Below are positions 29,446 through 37,720 of a stretch of DNA of 64,000 nt, in pieces. Numbering within the stretch: the stretch's first letter is position 1; every line of letters starts with the position of its first letter. Position numbers and translations under genes: made by a program. The notes under the pieces are model-generated. The model did not search any database, was not told the origin of the DNA, and saw only the letters and a program-made list of their open reading frames with translations. The stretch is taken from IMG/VR virus record IMGVR_UViG_3300023184_000024, positions 186,001-250,000 of that record; one strand, 5' to 3'.

Positions 29446-29922
29446 GCAGTTACAGCTTGCACAGGCTAATATCATGTGCCCTAGACCTGGATCTCGGATC
29501 GCAGGGATGGAAGTCTTGCCGCTGCCGCAAGCACTCAGCAACTATCCTTGACAGGACGATGATCGCAAATTGCCGCGGTTTTGCTGTTTGAAAAGAATTT
29601 AAAGGCTAAAAAGACGCAGGAGTGATCCTGCAGGTTTGTGCAATGTGTTAGCGTATGTTGTGCAAATTGCCGTTGTAAAAGACGGAACGAGCAGGTACCG
29701 GACAACCGCCTGTGCAAGAGTTTATAGTGGATTATAGTCAACTATAAACAATTATAGTTCTAACGCTAAGTGACTGTGCTACTCAGATAATGACAGTTTC
29801 TTTGCCCTGTGTGGGCAAAGTGTGACCAATTAATCTAGATAATAACTTAAATCTCACTTTGTTCGATGACTATAATAGCATTGATGAACGAAGTGAAATC
29901 AATAGACTTACGAAGTAAGTCT
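29446..29922 (+). ncRNA. Candidate large structured non-coding RNA
   Basis: Longest non-coding stretch in the window. Perfect 11-bp long-range stem 29456-66/29708-18; outer stem 29446-53/29770-77; at least 9 further helices; GUGA tetraloop; G-U pairs favour the + strand. Confidence 0.7.
29904..29922. terminator. Perfect hairpin AGACTTAC-GAA-GTAAGTCT between convergent transcription units
   Basis: 8-bp stem, GAA loop, abuts the stop of the convergent minus-strand gene; no strong U-tract. Confidence 0.4.
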
Positions 29923-30254
29923 TAGAACTGGTCTGGCCAATCTCTAAACAATGCGTGTTGAATATTGCCACTGACAAATTGATTAAAGCTTTTGTGTTTG
30001 TCTTCGAGTTCACCTTCAAGTGGTGCTACTCTTCGAAAAGCTGAATCCATTTGACCCATGTCTCGAAACTCCATGAGTATCATCCATTCTGGCATGTCAG
30101 CAATGCTACGAAATCCCATCTTGCATCTAGTAATGCGATAGCTTACCATTTTATCTTCTGACACTAAATGATCAAAAAAACTCTTCATGCCGTTGACCCA
30201 GTCAATGTCTGAGATGTCACCTTCTTTGTCTGCCCAAATTGTATATAAATCCAT
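29922..30254 (-). CDS. Hypothetical protein, DUF6614-like
   Basis: MDLYTIW...YRITRCKMGF...PEWMILMEFRDMGQMDSAF; family recalled from pattern, not searched. Confidence 0.45.
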   Translation of the reverse strand: MDLYTIWADKEGDISDIDWVNGMKSFFDHLVSEDKMVSYRITRCKMGFRSIADMPEWMILMEFRDMGQMDSAFRRVAPLEGELEDKHKSFNQFVSGNIQHALFRDWPDQF

Positions 30255-30257
30255 GTG

Positions 30258-30692
30258 TTACTCCAGTGGTCCTAGTATTTCAAATCCTGCCATATCAGAT
30301 TTGTATAAGTGTGCTTGTTCAAGATACAGGTATTTAAATCCGCGTTCTTTGTAGATAGCACACTCTGTTTGTAGTGTTTCAATGCCTAACCGCAACTTAG
30401 GATTGTTATAATTCCATGCAAATTGATCGCAAAGAGCATTCTCTTCATCGTAGCGTTTGATTAAACTAAATGCCACCAGCTTGTCTTTGTCGTAGTATCC
30501 TATTACATCTGTCATGGGATCTGTATAACGGCTATCAAAGATGGGCATTACTGATGCAAAGTGTTTGTACTTGCAGTAGTCTCGGTAGATTAAATTCAGC
30601 TTTGAAATGTCAGGTGATTGTAGATATTCCCACTTTACGCTTATATCGTAGTTGGTTTTGCTTAAATCAATTCTGGCAAACTGATAACTCAT
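30258..30692 (-). CDS. GNAT-fold protein resembling the C-terminal domain of Arg/Leu-tRNA-protein transferases (ATE1/Bpt)
   Basis: YDKDKLVAFSLI...LRLGIETLQTECAIYKERGFKYLYL...YK; start placed at ATG 30692 (ATGA overlap). Confidence 0.55.
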   Translation of the reverse strand: MSYQFARIDLSKTNYDISVKWEYLQSPDISKLNLIYRDYCKYKHFASVMPIFDSRYTDPMTDVIGYYDKDKLVAFSLIKRYDEENALCDQFAWNYNNPKLRLGIETLQTECAIYKERGFKYLYLEQAHLYKSDMAGFEILGPLE

Positions 30693-31192
30693 GCTCGTGG
30701 GTCCTGTCTGTGTGCAAACAACGACTGTAGATAGTCTTCGGGCCAAGAGTTGTAAAATCCTTTGTTGGCCATCAATATTGCTTTAGTATTAAGATCACTT
30801 AAACTTTGCACCAGTGCCAATGCATAAGTTCCTTGATTCATACAAACACCGTTGACCATTTCAACATCGGCAGGATGATCTTCTAGTGCCAGTAAATCGG
30901 CAGCAAGTAAAAATTCTTGATTGGCCTGTTCTAGGCTACTGGCAAACAACTCACGCGACCATTCCACAGGGTTATACACATATATAATAACTTCCTTGTT
31001 GCCTAGTCCGTACCGTGCTCGATTTTTAAGATCGTAGTAAGGATCACTGCCAATGAACACATCGTAGCTGTTTTTTAATCGAGCACTGCGAGCATATGGG
31101 CAAGGAGGAAACCCTCCTAGTGCTGGATGTGGAACTTCTATAAAGTTCACAATCCACTGCTCTATGTCTTGTTTAACTTGTTCAATGTCCAT
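30689..31192 (-). CDS. DUF1415-like protein
   Basis: IEQWI......PCPYA...DHP motifs; start at ATG 31192 (TAATG overlap). Confidence 0.5.
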   Translation of the reverse strand: MDIEQVKQDIEQWIVNFIEVPHPALGGFPPCPYARSARLKNSYDVFIGSDPYYDLKNRARYGLGNKEVIIYVYNPVEWSRELFASSLEQANQEFLLAADLLALEDHPADVEMVNGVCMNQGTYALALVQSLSDLNTKAILMANKGFYNSWPEDYLQSLFAHRQDPRA

Positions 31193-31404
31193 TAGAACCA
31201 ATTTAATCCAGTTTTCTTAGTAGTTTCAATATTTTCTTTGATAATACCACTGATGAGTTTTCGTTCATCTGGGCTTAGATTCATTGCATCGTTGTAGCTG
31301 AGTCCGCCTCGCATATACCAAGAAAATTTTAGTGCCTCTTGCCTGATACTTTCGCAGTCTTTGTCCATTCTCTCAATGAGTTTGGTGATACCGCCAGAGT
31401 CCAA
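31192..31404 (-). CDS. gp51-like baseplate/tail assembly ORF, probably made as a -1 frameshift extension of the gp26-like gene
   Basis: WYMRGGLSYNDAMNLSPDER motif; TTG start without SD; in the -1 frame of the upstream slippery site. Confidence 0.6.
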   Translation of the reverse strand: MDSGGITKLIERMDKDCESIRQEALKFSWYMRGGLSYNDAMNLSPDERKLISGIIKENIETTKKTGLNWF

Positions 31405-31406
31405 GG

Positions 31407-32249
31407 CTAAGAGTTGGATTCGAAAAAATTTGTCATATCCAATGTAAATGGTTGTTCAAATTTGGTCTGACATGCAGTGCAACTAATGTTAAGTGGCACA
31501 AGTTCAGTGGATTTTTTCAAATCAACTGCATGATCCCTGACTTGATTAAACACTGCTCTTGTGCAGTTGTTCAACCATTCTTCTATGTGTGCAGTTTCTG
31601 TGACCATTGCATCTGGAGTGCGAATAGACGATATACTTTCTGCAATGCTTCTCACTGTTAGTTTGGCAATGTTGGCAAAGGCAGAGCCTAGTCGCGTCAT
31701 CTTTTCTTCTTCGCTCAATTCTGCATTTTGTAACAACTGCACAAGCTTTTGATCTTCAAACTGCACTTGCCCTAGTTCATTGACTTCTTTGTAGTTCATG
31801 GGCTCAAAATATATTTCAAGTCCAGATGTTTTTAAACAAGCTGAATAGTCAATGGGGCGAATATTTTCCAACACAGTACGTAAATCCAAGCCGTATTCTT
31901 GAGCATTGTCGCATTTAGGACACCTGGTGTCAATTTCCATGGTGTGCCCATAAGTGGCAATCCTGATGGCCACTAACAATGTGTCAAGGTCCACAGATGG
32001 GGTTGCCCACCCGTCTTTGATATTGGGCACACAGCTTTCGATAATTTTTACTGTGGCTGATCCATTGAACAGCGCATCGGGTGTTCTACTAGTGACTTCG
32101 TCAATGGCAGTCATTGGGTATATAGGTAATTCGTTGTTGGGCGGCATGTTAATGGTGCCGGGCGCCCAGAATTTGCCCTGTGACGGCAAGCGAATGTAAA
32201 TCACCGGCTGTCTAAAAAATTGTTTTAATGGATTGGTGTTTTCTTGCAT
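31407..32249 (-). CDS. gp26: Baseplate hub assembly protein, T4 gp26-like
   Basis: LPSQG, PMTAIDE, DLDTLLVAIRIATYG, two CxxC pairs, terminal NFF; start placed at ATG 32249. Confidence 0.75.
   Translation of the reverse strand: MQENTNPLKQFFRQPVIYIRLPSQGKFWAPGTINMPPNNELPIYPMTAIDEVTSRTPDALFNGSATVKIIESCVPNIKDGWATPSVDLDTLLVAIRIATYGHTMEIDTRCPKCDNAQEYGLDLRTVLENIRPIDYSACLKTSGLEIYFEPMNYKEVNELGQVQFEDQKLVQLLQNAELSEEEKMTRLGSAFANIAKLTVRSIAESISSIRTPDAMVTETAHIEEWLNNCTRAVFNQVRDHAVDLKKSTELVPLNISCTACQTKFEQPFTLDMTNFFESNS
31422..31428 (-). other. Slippery heptamer T_TTT_TTC (programmed -1 frameshift candidate)
   Basis: In-frame X_XXY_YYZ four codons before the stop; -1 frame is open into the downstream ORF. 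Confidence 0.65.
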
Positions 32250-32257
32250 TTTTAGGC

Positions 32258-32277
32258 TATAAATATACAAATACTTA
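32258..32277. promoter_or_regulatory. Face-to-face late promoters: TATAAATA (+, 32258-65) and TAAGTA (-, 32272-77)
   Basis: Exact T4 late consensus on +; variant on -; both inside the 40-nt gap between divergent genes. Confidence 0.6.
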
Positions 32278-32289
32278 TGTGGTTAAAAC

Positions 32290-35200
32290 ATGGATGAAAG
32301 AGAATTTGAAGAAATAGTCCGGAAGCTCAATTCCGGACTGACACTGACTACTGAAGAAATGCTCAAGCTTTCGGCAGCAACAGGCTTGACTATTAATGCG
32401 TTAAAGCAACTCAAAGACAGTGCCAAAACAGCAGGACTTGATGTTGGTAAAAGTCTAGGAAGATTAACCAAAGACGTTGGGGCTGGGTCTGCATCTTTTC
32501 AATCACTAAACCCTATAATAGACTCTGTTGCCAACGGGCTTGGCAGCATGGCCGAAGCCATACCATTTGCTGGCAAAGCTATTTCGGGCAGTTTAAAAGT
32601 AGTAGCCGAAGGCAGCAAGTTTGTAATTGACCAGCTACAGAAAACAGTCAACACATTCAATGAACTAGGGCAAGTTGGTGGATTAACTGCCGACGGCATG
32701 ACCGGGCTACAACGCCAATTCTTAGCTTCGGGTATGAGCCTAGATGGGTTCAAGAAATCAGTGGTTGACAATGCAGGCGCATTGGCAAAGTTTAGAGGAA
32801 CAGTGGGCCAAGGTGCCGAAGACTTTAGCAAGATAGTCGGCGGAATAGTTGACAGTGGCGCTGGCACTGAACTGCGTAGAATTGGGTACAGTGCTGATCA
32901 AATTGGTGAAACCACAGCATCGTTTGTTGCCATGCAAAATAGACTGGGCATGACCCAGGGCAAGACAAATGCACAGCTAACAAAAAGCTCAGTTGAGTAT
33001 GCCAAAGAACTAGATATATTGTCCAAGATAACAGGACAAAGTCGCAAGCAAGCACAGGCGCAGATTGATTCTGCATTGAGTGAAAGTAGATTCCGAAGTA
33101 CCATTGAATTGATGAATCGTAACAATCAACAAGGTGCAGCCAAAGAATTAACATTCTTTCAAAATCAAGTATCCAATGTCAACGATGAGTTGGGACAAGC
33201 TGTGCGTGATATTTCATCGGGTGTGTACGACAGTGAAGCTGTTTTAAAATTTGTACGTGCCGGAGTTGACCTTGAAAGTGTGGTCAGTGGCATCAAAGAC
33301 GGCAGTCTAAAAGCCAACGATGCAATAACACAGCTACAAAAATCAACGCGAGCAGTTGAGCAAGAACAACTAGAATTTGCACAGTACGTCAAAGAAGGCG
33401 AATCACCGTTTCCCAATCTAGCCAAACAGCTGGAATTTAATACAGCACAATTAGAAAATGGTCGATTAACAGCAAAGAAGGTTCAAGATGCCCAAGTTGA
33501 AGGACAGGACAAATTAACCAATTCAGCGGTTGAAGCTCAAGTGGCTATGGAACAGATGACTCGACAGCTGGCAAATTTTGGATTTGGTGCTATGCCTGCA
33601 GCCACCGATGCTGTGGTATTGTTCACTGATTCTCTCAATGAGTTTATCAAATATGTTGCTGAAAAAACTGGTATTGAGTTGCCTAGTATCACCGGTGGTG
33701 CAGTCAGGGAAAACATACCTAAGCCCGGCGGGGATGCGGCAAAAACTGCACCCACAGCGGTTAAAGCTACAGCAGAATCTAGAAAAGCACAGGCAGTGGC
33801 CAAAGCAAAGGCCGAACAAGTACTTACATTAACCAAACAAGAGGACGAGGCAAAACAACAACTTCGTCGGATGGAACTGGCAAGAGCGCCTGAAGAAGAA
33901 CTCAACCAACAAAAAGAAAAATTAGCTGCCTTGGGCAAGTTTAAACTGCAAGCCGAAGAAGACGAACGCAAACAGGCCATTGCGGCAGCACAAGCAGGAC
34001 TTGAAGCTAAAAATGAACGTCAGCGTGTGCGTAAGTTGCAGAACACAGCAACTTCAGCAGATAGAGAAGTGACTGCCGCACAAAAAACTGTTGATGAATT
34101 AAGGCTTGAACAAGCTCGTTTAGAAATTCAACAGCGTGATAATCCCACAGCATCTCCTGGGCCAGTTGATGCAAAAGTTACTAGAACTCGTGAAGCCACC
34201 GAAGCAAGGAAAAAGGCCGAGGCTGCGGTAGAAGCTGCCACAGCAGAAAGAAAACGACTCGAAGATGAAAAGGGCCGCGCCGCAGAAGAAACCAAAGCTG
34301 CCAGAGTAGCTGAAATGAAGGCCAAAGACGACGCTGCCAAAGCCAAGGCAGCCGAAGAACTTAGCCGCCGTCAACAAGGGCAAGTCAGCGGCCCTGGTGA
34401 CAGTAGACTGGTTACTGTGGAAAAAGAATTGGCTGCGGCTGAACGGACTCTTAAAGAAAAAACCAACAATCTCACTGAAATCAGAAAAGAACTTGGTGAT
34501 GCAAGCAAATCTGGTGTTGCGCCAGAAAAAAAGTATGCCAAAACAATTGAAAACTTAATCATACAAGCCGAGTCAGGCGGTAAAAACATCAACACTGGAA
34601 TCAAAGATGCGTCGGGCAAGCCAACAACCACAGCAACTGGAATTGGGCAATTTACCAAAGGTACGTTCGAAGGTGTTGCTGGCATGGCCAAGCCAGGCGA
34701 ACTGTTACACGGCAAGACATTTGAAGATTACAAAAAAGACATCAACATTCAACGAGAAGCAGTTACCCAACTAACTGGGTTCAACAAAAAACAACTGTCA
34801 TCAAGCGGGTATGATCTCAGCGATCGTAACGTGTACTTGGCACACTTTTTAGGTGCCAACGGTGCGGCACGAGTTTTAAGAGCCAGCGACACTACACCGA
34901 TCAAGGATGCAATTAACTCTGAATCATATGAGTCAAATTTGCCACTGTTTGAAAATGTAAAAAATCCTATCAGGACAGTGGGTGATCTCAAAACCTGGAC
35001 AGATAAAAAACTTGCTCAAGCATCCAGTGAATTAGACAAATCAACTGGTGAAGATATAAAAATGGCCTTGGGTGGCATAATCACTGCTAAACCAGGTGGC
35101 ACAAAAGTCACAGTAGGAGAAGCAGGGTTTAACGAAGCATTTGTACCGTTACCCGACGGCAAAACTATTCCAGTGTCAATGGACAAGTCTTTTAAAGAAT

Positions 35201-35586
35201 TTGTCAAATATCTATCAACACTAGATTCTGAACAATTAGCCAGATCCAACTCTATGTCGACGGACAAGTCATTTCAGGAGTTTTCCAAATATCTAAAATT
35301 GGATTCTGATCGAATAGCTGGGGTAGCAAACAAAAATTTTGAACAATTTCCTTCTATTCGCAATGAGTTAACTAGTTTGGTTGACATAGTCGGCGAACAA
35401 GAACGCACATCACAAGAAATATTACGAACTACAATAGACACATTTAGCAAAGAGATTGTCAAGGCATTGACGCCCACAGTTGGAATGCAAGGTCCAGATG
35501 TTGCCATATTGCTAGAGCAATTGATTAATTTACAACGTGATAACAACCAAACATCGCAGAAATTGTTACAGGTAACTCAGAACTAG
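32290..35586 (+). CDS. Tape-measure-like protein with lytic transglycosylase-like domain
   Basis: 1098 aa, helical A/Q/K/E-rich; AESGG...ATGIGQF..GTF...YLAHFLG lysozyme-like motifs; VGEAGFNEAFVPL motif common in tape measures. Confidence 0.7.
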   Translation: MDEREFEEIVRKLNSGLTLTTEEMLKLSAATGLTINALKQLKDSAKTAGLDVGKSLGRLTKDVGAGSASFQSLNPIIDSVANGLGSMAEAIPFAGKAISGSLKVVAEGSKFVIDQLQKTVNTFNELGQVGGLTADGMTGLQRQFLASGMSLDGFKKSVVDNAGALAKFRGTVGQGAEDFSKIVGGIVDSGAGTELRRIGYSADQIGETTASFVAMQNRLGMTQGKTNAQLTKSSVEYAKELDILSKITGQSRKQAQAQIDSALSESRFRSTIELMNRNNQQGAAKELTFFQNQVSNVNDELGQAVRDISSGVYDSEAVLKFVRAGVDLESVVSGIKDGSLKANDAITQLQKSTRAVEQEQLEFAQYVKEGESPFPNLAKQLEFNTAQLENGRLTAKKVQDAQVEGQDKLTNSAVEAQVAMEQMTRQLANFGFGAMPAATDAVVLFTDSLNEFIKYVAEKTGIELPSITGGAVRENIPKPGGDAAKTAPTAVKATAESRKAQAVAKAKAEQVLTLTKQEDEAKQQLRRMELARAPEEELNQQKEKLAALGKFKLQAEEDERKQAIAAAQAGLEAKNERQRVRKLQNTATSADREVTAAQKTVDELRLEQARLEIQQRDNPTASPGPVDAKVTRTREATEARKKAEAAVEAATAERKRLEDEKGRAAEETKAARVAEMKAKDDAAKAKAAEELSRRQQGQVSGPGDSRLVTVEKELAAAERTLKEKTNNLTEIRKELGDASKSGVAPEKKYAKTIENLIIQAESGGKNINTGIKDASGKPTTTATGIGQFTKGTFEGVAGMAKPGELLHGKTFEDYKKDINIQREAVTQLTGFNKKQLSSSGYDLSDRNVYLAHFLGANGAARVLRASDTTPIKDAINSESYESNLPLFENVKNPIRTVGDLKTWTDKKLAQASSELDKSTGEDIKMALGGIITAKPGGTKVTVGEAGFNEAFVPLPDGKTIPVSMDKSFKEFVKYLSTLDSEQLARSNSMSTDKSFQEFSKYLKLDSDRIAGVANKNFEQFPSIRNELTSLVDIVGEQERTSQEILRTTIDTFSKEIVKALTPTVGMQGPDVAILLEQLINLQRDNNQTSQKLLQVTQN

Positions 35587-35589
35587 CGG

Positions 35590-35595
35590 TAAATA
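35590..35595 (+). promoter_or_regulatory. Late promoter motif TAAATA (probably leaderless transcript)
   Basis: 7 nt before the portal ATG; no SD. Confidence 0.6.
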
Positions 35596-35602
35596 TAATA
35601 CT

Positions 35603-37378
35603 ATGTCTTGGAAAAAATATTTTAAAGTTGCCAACGTCGGCGGCGAACTTAGTCCGTTATCTGGAAAAGGCTCAACCGGCCTGCCAGGATACGGACGCAA
35701 TGACGGCAGAGATGCAATGCAAGTACATGCAGATATTGTGTACAGAAACTATGCAAGTCGACTACCAGAAGTTTATACAGGGCACCCAAATCGTGTTGAA
35801 CGATATAATCAATACGAAAACATGGATTCGGACAGTGAGATTAACGCATGTTTAGACATTCTTGCTGAATTTTGTACTCAGACCATCGAAGGAGAAACGG
35901 TTCCTTTTCAAGTTACGTACAACGATACTCCCACTGACAACGAAGTTAAAATCATCAAGCAACAGCTACAGCAATGGGTCAAGCTCAACAAATTAGATCA
36001 GCGTATATTCCGTATTTTCCGTAACACAATCAAGTATGGCGATCAGGTTTTTGTGCGTGATCCAGAAACATTTGAAATGTACTGGGTTGATATGACCAAA
36101 GTGGCCAGAGTTATTGTCAACGAATCAGAAGGCAAACGCCCTGAGCAGTATGTTATTCGAGATATCAATCCCAACTTTCAAAATCTAACCATTGCGGCCA
36201 AAACAACCACAGATTTGCAAAGCAATCCGCCGAGTAGTGGGTACACTGCGCCTAATAACTACACAGCACCCAGCGCAGGAGCCCAAGGCACCGGGGGTAA
36301 TAGATTTTCGGCAGCAATGAATGAAGCAGTGTTGGATGCCAAACATGTAATACATTTAAGTTTAAGCGAAGGTTTGGATTTTTATTGGCCATTCGGAATG
36401 AGTGTTTTAGAAACAATTTTCCGTGTGTTTAAACAAAAAGAGTTGCTGGAAGATGCAGTTTTAATTTATCGTGTTAGTAGAGCGCCTGAACGTAGAGTAT
36501 TTAAAATCGACGTGGGAAACATGCCAAGCCATATGGCCATGGCCTTTGTTGACAGGGTTAAAAACGAAATTCATCAACGTAGAATTCCTAGTCACAACGG
36601 TGGCGGGCAAAATGTCATGGACAGCAGTTACAATCCATTGAGCATCAACGAAGATTACTTTTTCCCACAAACAGCTGATGGTCGGGGCAGTAGCGTAGAC
36701 ACACTGCCAGGCGGCTCAAATCTTGGCGAAATTGATGATTTGAAATATTTCAACAATAAAATGTGCCGTGGTCTGCGTGTGCCCAGCAGTTACTTGCCCA
36801 CAGGACCCGACGACAGTGATCGCCCAATGAACGATGGCCGTGTTGGTACAGCACTAATTCAAGAATATCGCTTTAACCAATACTGTGAACGTTTACAGCG
36901 ATTGATCATAGAAAAACTCGACGATGAATTTAAAATGTTCATGCGTTGGAGAGGTTTTAACATAGATTCGGGTTTATTTTCAATTCAATTCAACCCGCCA
37001 CAGAACTTCGCCAGCTATCGACAAGCAGAGTTAGATACTACCCGTGTTAATACGTTTCAACAATTAGAACAAGTACCGTACTTGAGTAAACGTTTTATGT
37101 TAAAACGATACCTGGGTTTAACAGAAGCTGAAATTACAGAAAACGAAGAGTTGTGGGAAGAAGAACGCAGTAGTCCAGAATCCCCGGCAGCCAGCGGAAA
37201 TGATTTGCGCAGTGTTGGAGTTACACCTGCAGACCTGGAAAGTGACATCACTTCTGGTGAAGACATGGCAAATCTTGGGCAAGCAGAACCTGGAATGGGT
37301 GTAGACGCACCAGTGGCAGCGCCCGGTAGCCAGCCCGGTGCGGCAGTGACACCGGCACCAACTGGCGCTCCAGCATAA
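35603..37378 (+). CDS. gp20: Portal protein
   Basis: LLEDAVLIYRVSRAPERRVFKIDVGNMP, EDYFFP, TLPGG, LRVPSSYL: T4 gp20 signatures. Confidence 0.93.
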   Translation: MSWKKYFKVANVGGELSPLSGKGSTGLPGYGRNDGRDAMQVHADIVYRNYASRLPEVYTGHPNRVERYNQYENMDSDSEINACLDILAEFCTQTIEGETVPFQVTYNDTPTDNEVKIIKQQLQQWVKLNKLDQRIFRIFRNTIKYGDQVFVRDPETFEMYWVDMTKVARVIVNESEGKRPEQYVIRDINPNFQNLTIAAKTTTDLQSNPPSSGYTAPNNYTAPSAGAQGTGGNRFSAAMNEAVLDAKHVIHLSLSEGLDFYWPFGMSVLETIFRVFKQKELLEDAVLIYRVSRAPERRVFKIDVGNMPSHMAMAFVDRVKNEIHQRRIPSHNGGGQNVMDSSYNPLSINEDYFFPQTADGRGSSVDTLPGGSNLGEIDDLKYFNNKMCRGLRVPSSYLPTGPDDSDRPMNDGRVGTALIQEYRFNQYCERLQRLIIEKLDDEFKMFMRWRGFNIDSGLFSIQFNPPQNFASYRQAELDTTRVNTFQQLEQVPYLSKRFMLKRYLGLTEAEITENEELWEEERSSPESPAASGNDLRSVGVTPADLESDITSGEDMANLGQAEPGMGVDAPVAAPGSQPGAAVTPAPTGAPA

Positions 37379-37386
37379 ATATCATT

Positions 37387-37605
37387 ATGATTCTTAATGA
37401 ACTTTATTCAAAACCCCCGAGTGCATACCAAGATATTGCGCAAGACAATAGTCAGCCTCGGTTAGGTGATCTAAGAAAAACAAAATTAACTTTGCGTCAA
37501 ATTAACAAGCTTCGTCGCCTCAACGATGTTAGAGCATTTGAGTTTAAAGAAAAACTTAAAAAAGTTAAAAATCAATACGCGGCACCAGTTCAACCGTTGG
37601 CTTAA
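37387..37605 (+). CDS. Small basic head-region protein
   Basis: 72 aa, own TAAATA motif at 37376-81, between portal and scaffold genes. Confidence 0.6.
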   Translation: MILNELYSKPPSAYQDIAQDNSQPRLGDLRKTKLTLRQINKLRRLNDVRAFEFKEKLKKVKNQYAAPVQPLA

Positions 37606-37720
37606 AGTTACAAAAATTGTAATTTTTACTCAATTATTACAAAAATACACGGGTAAACAGCATAGTTTACTCAGGTCTATGTAAATATTCAACAGAGCCA
37701 TTTCTTGGAGGATATTTTAC

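Noticed and set aside
29535-29741. 68-aa minus-strand ORF inside the non-coding region
   Set aside because: No SD or recognisable motif; base-pairing pattern explains the sequence better.
29446-29922. Group I intron with homing endonuclease, or RNase P/tmRNA
   Set aside because: No interrupted host gene; GACTA/TAGTC elements are in the wrong order for P7; no RNase P GAGGAAAGUCC or tRNA-like CCA end seen. Judged by eye only.
35179-35296. Short internal duplication DKSF.EF.KYL in the tape-measure-like gene
   Set aside because: Only two degenerate ~11-aa copies; ordinary for such proteins.
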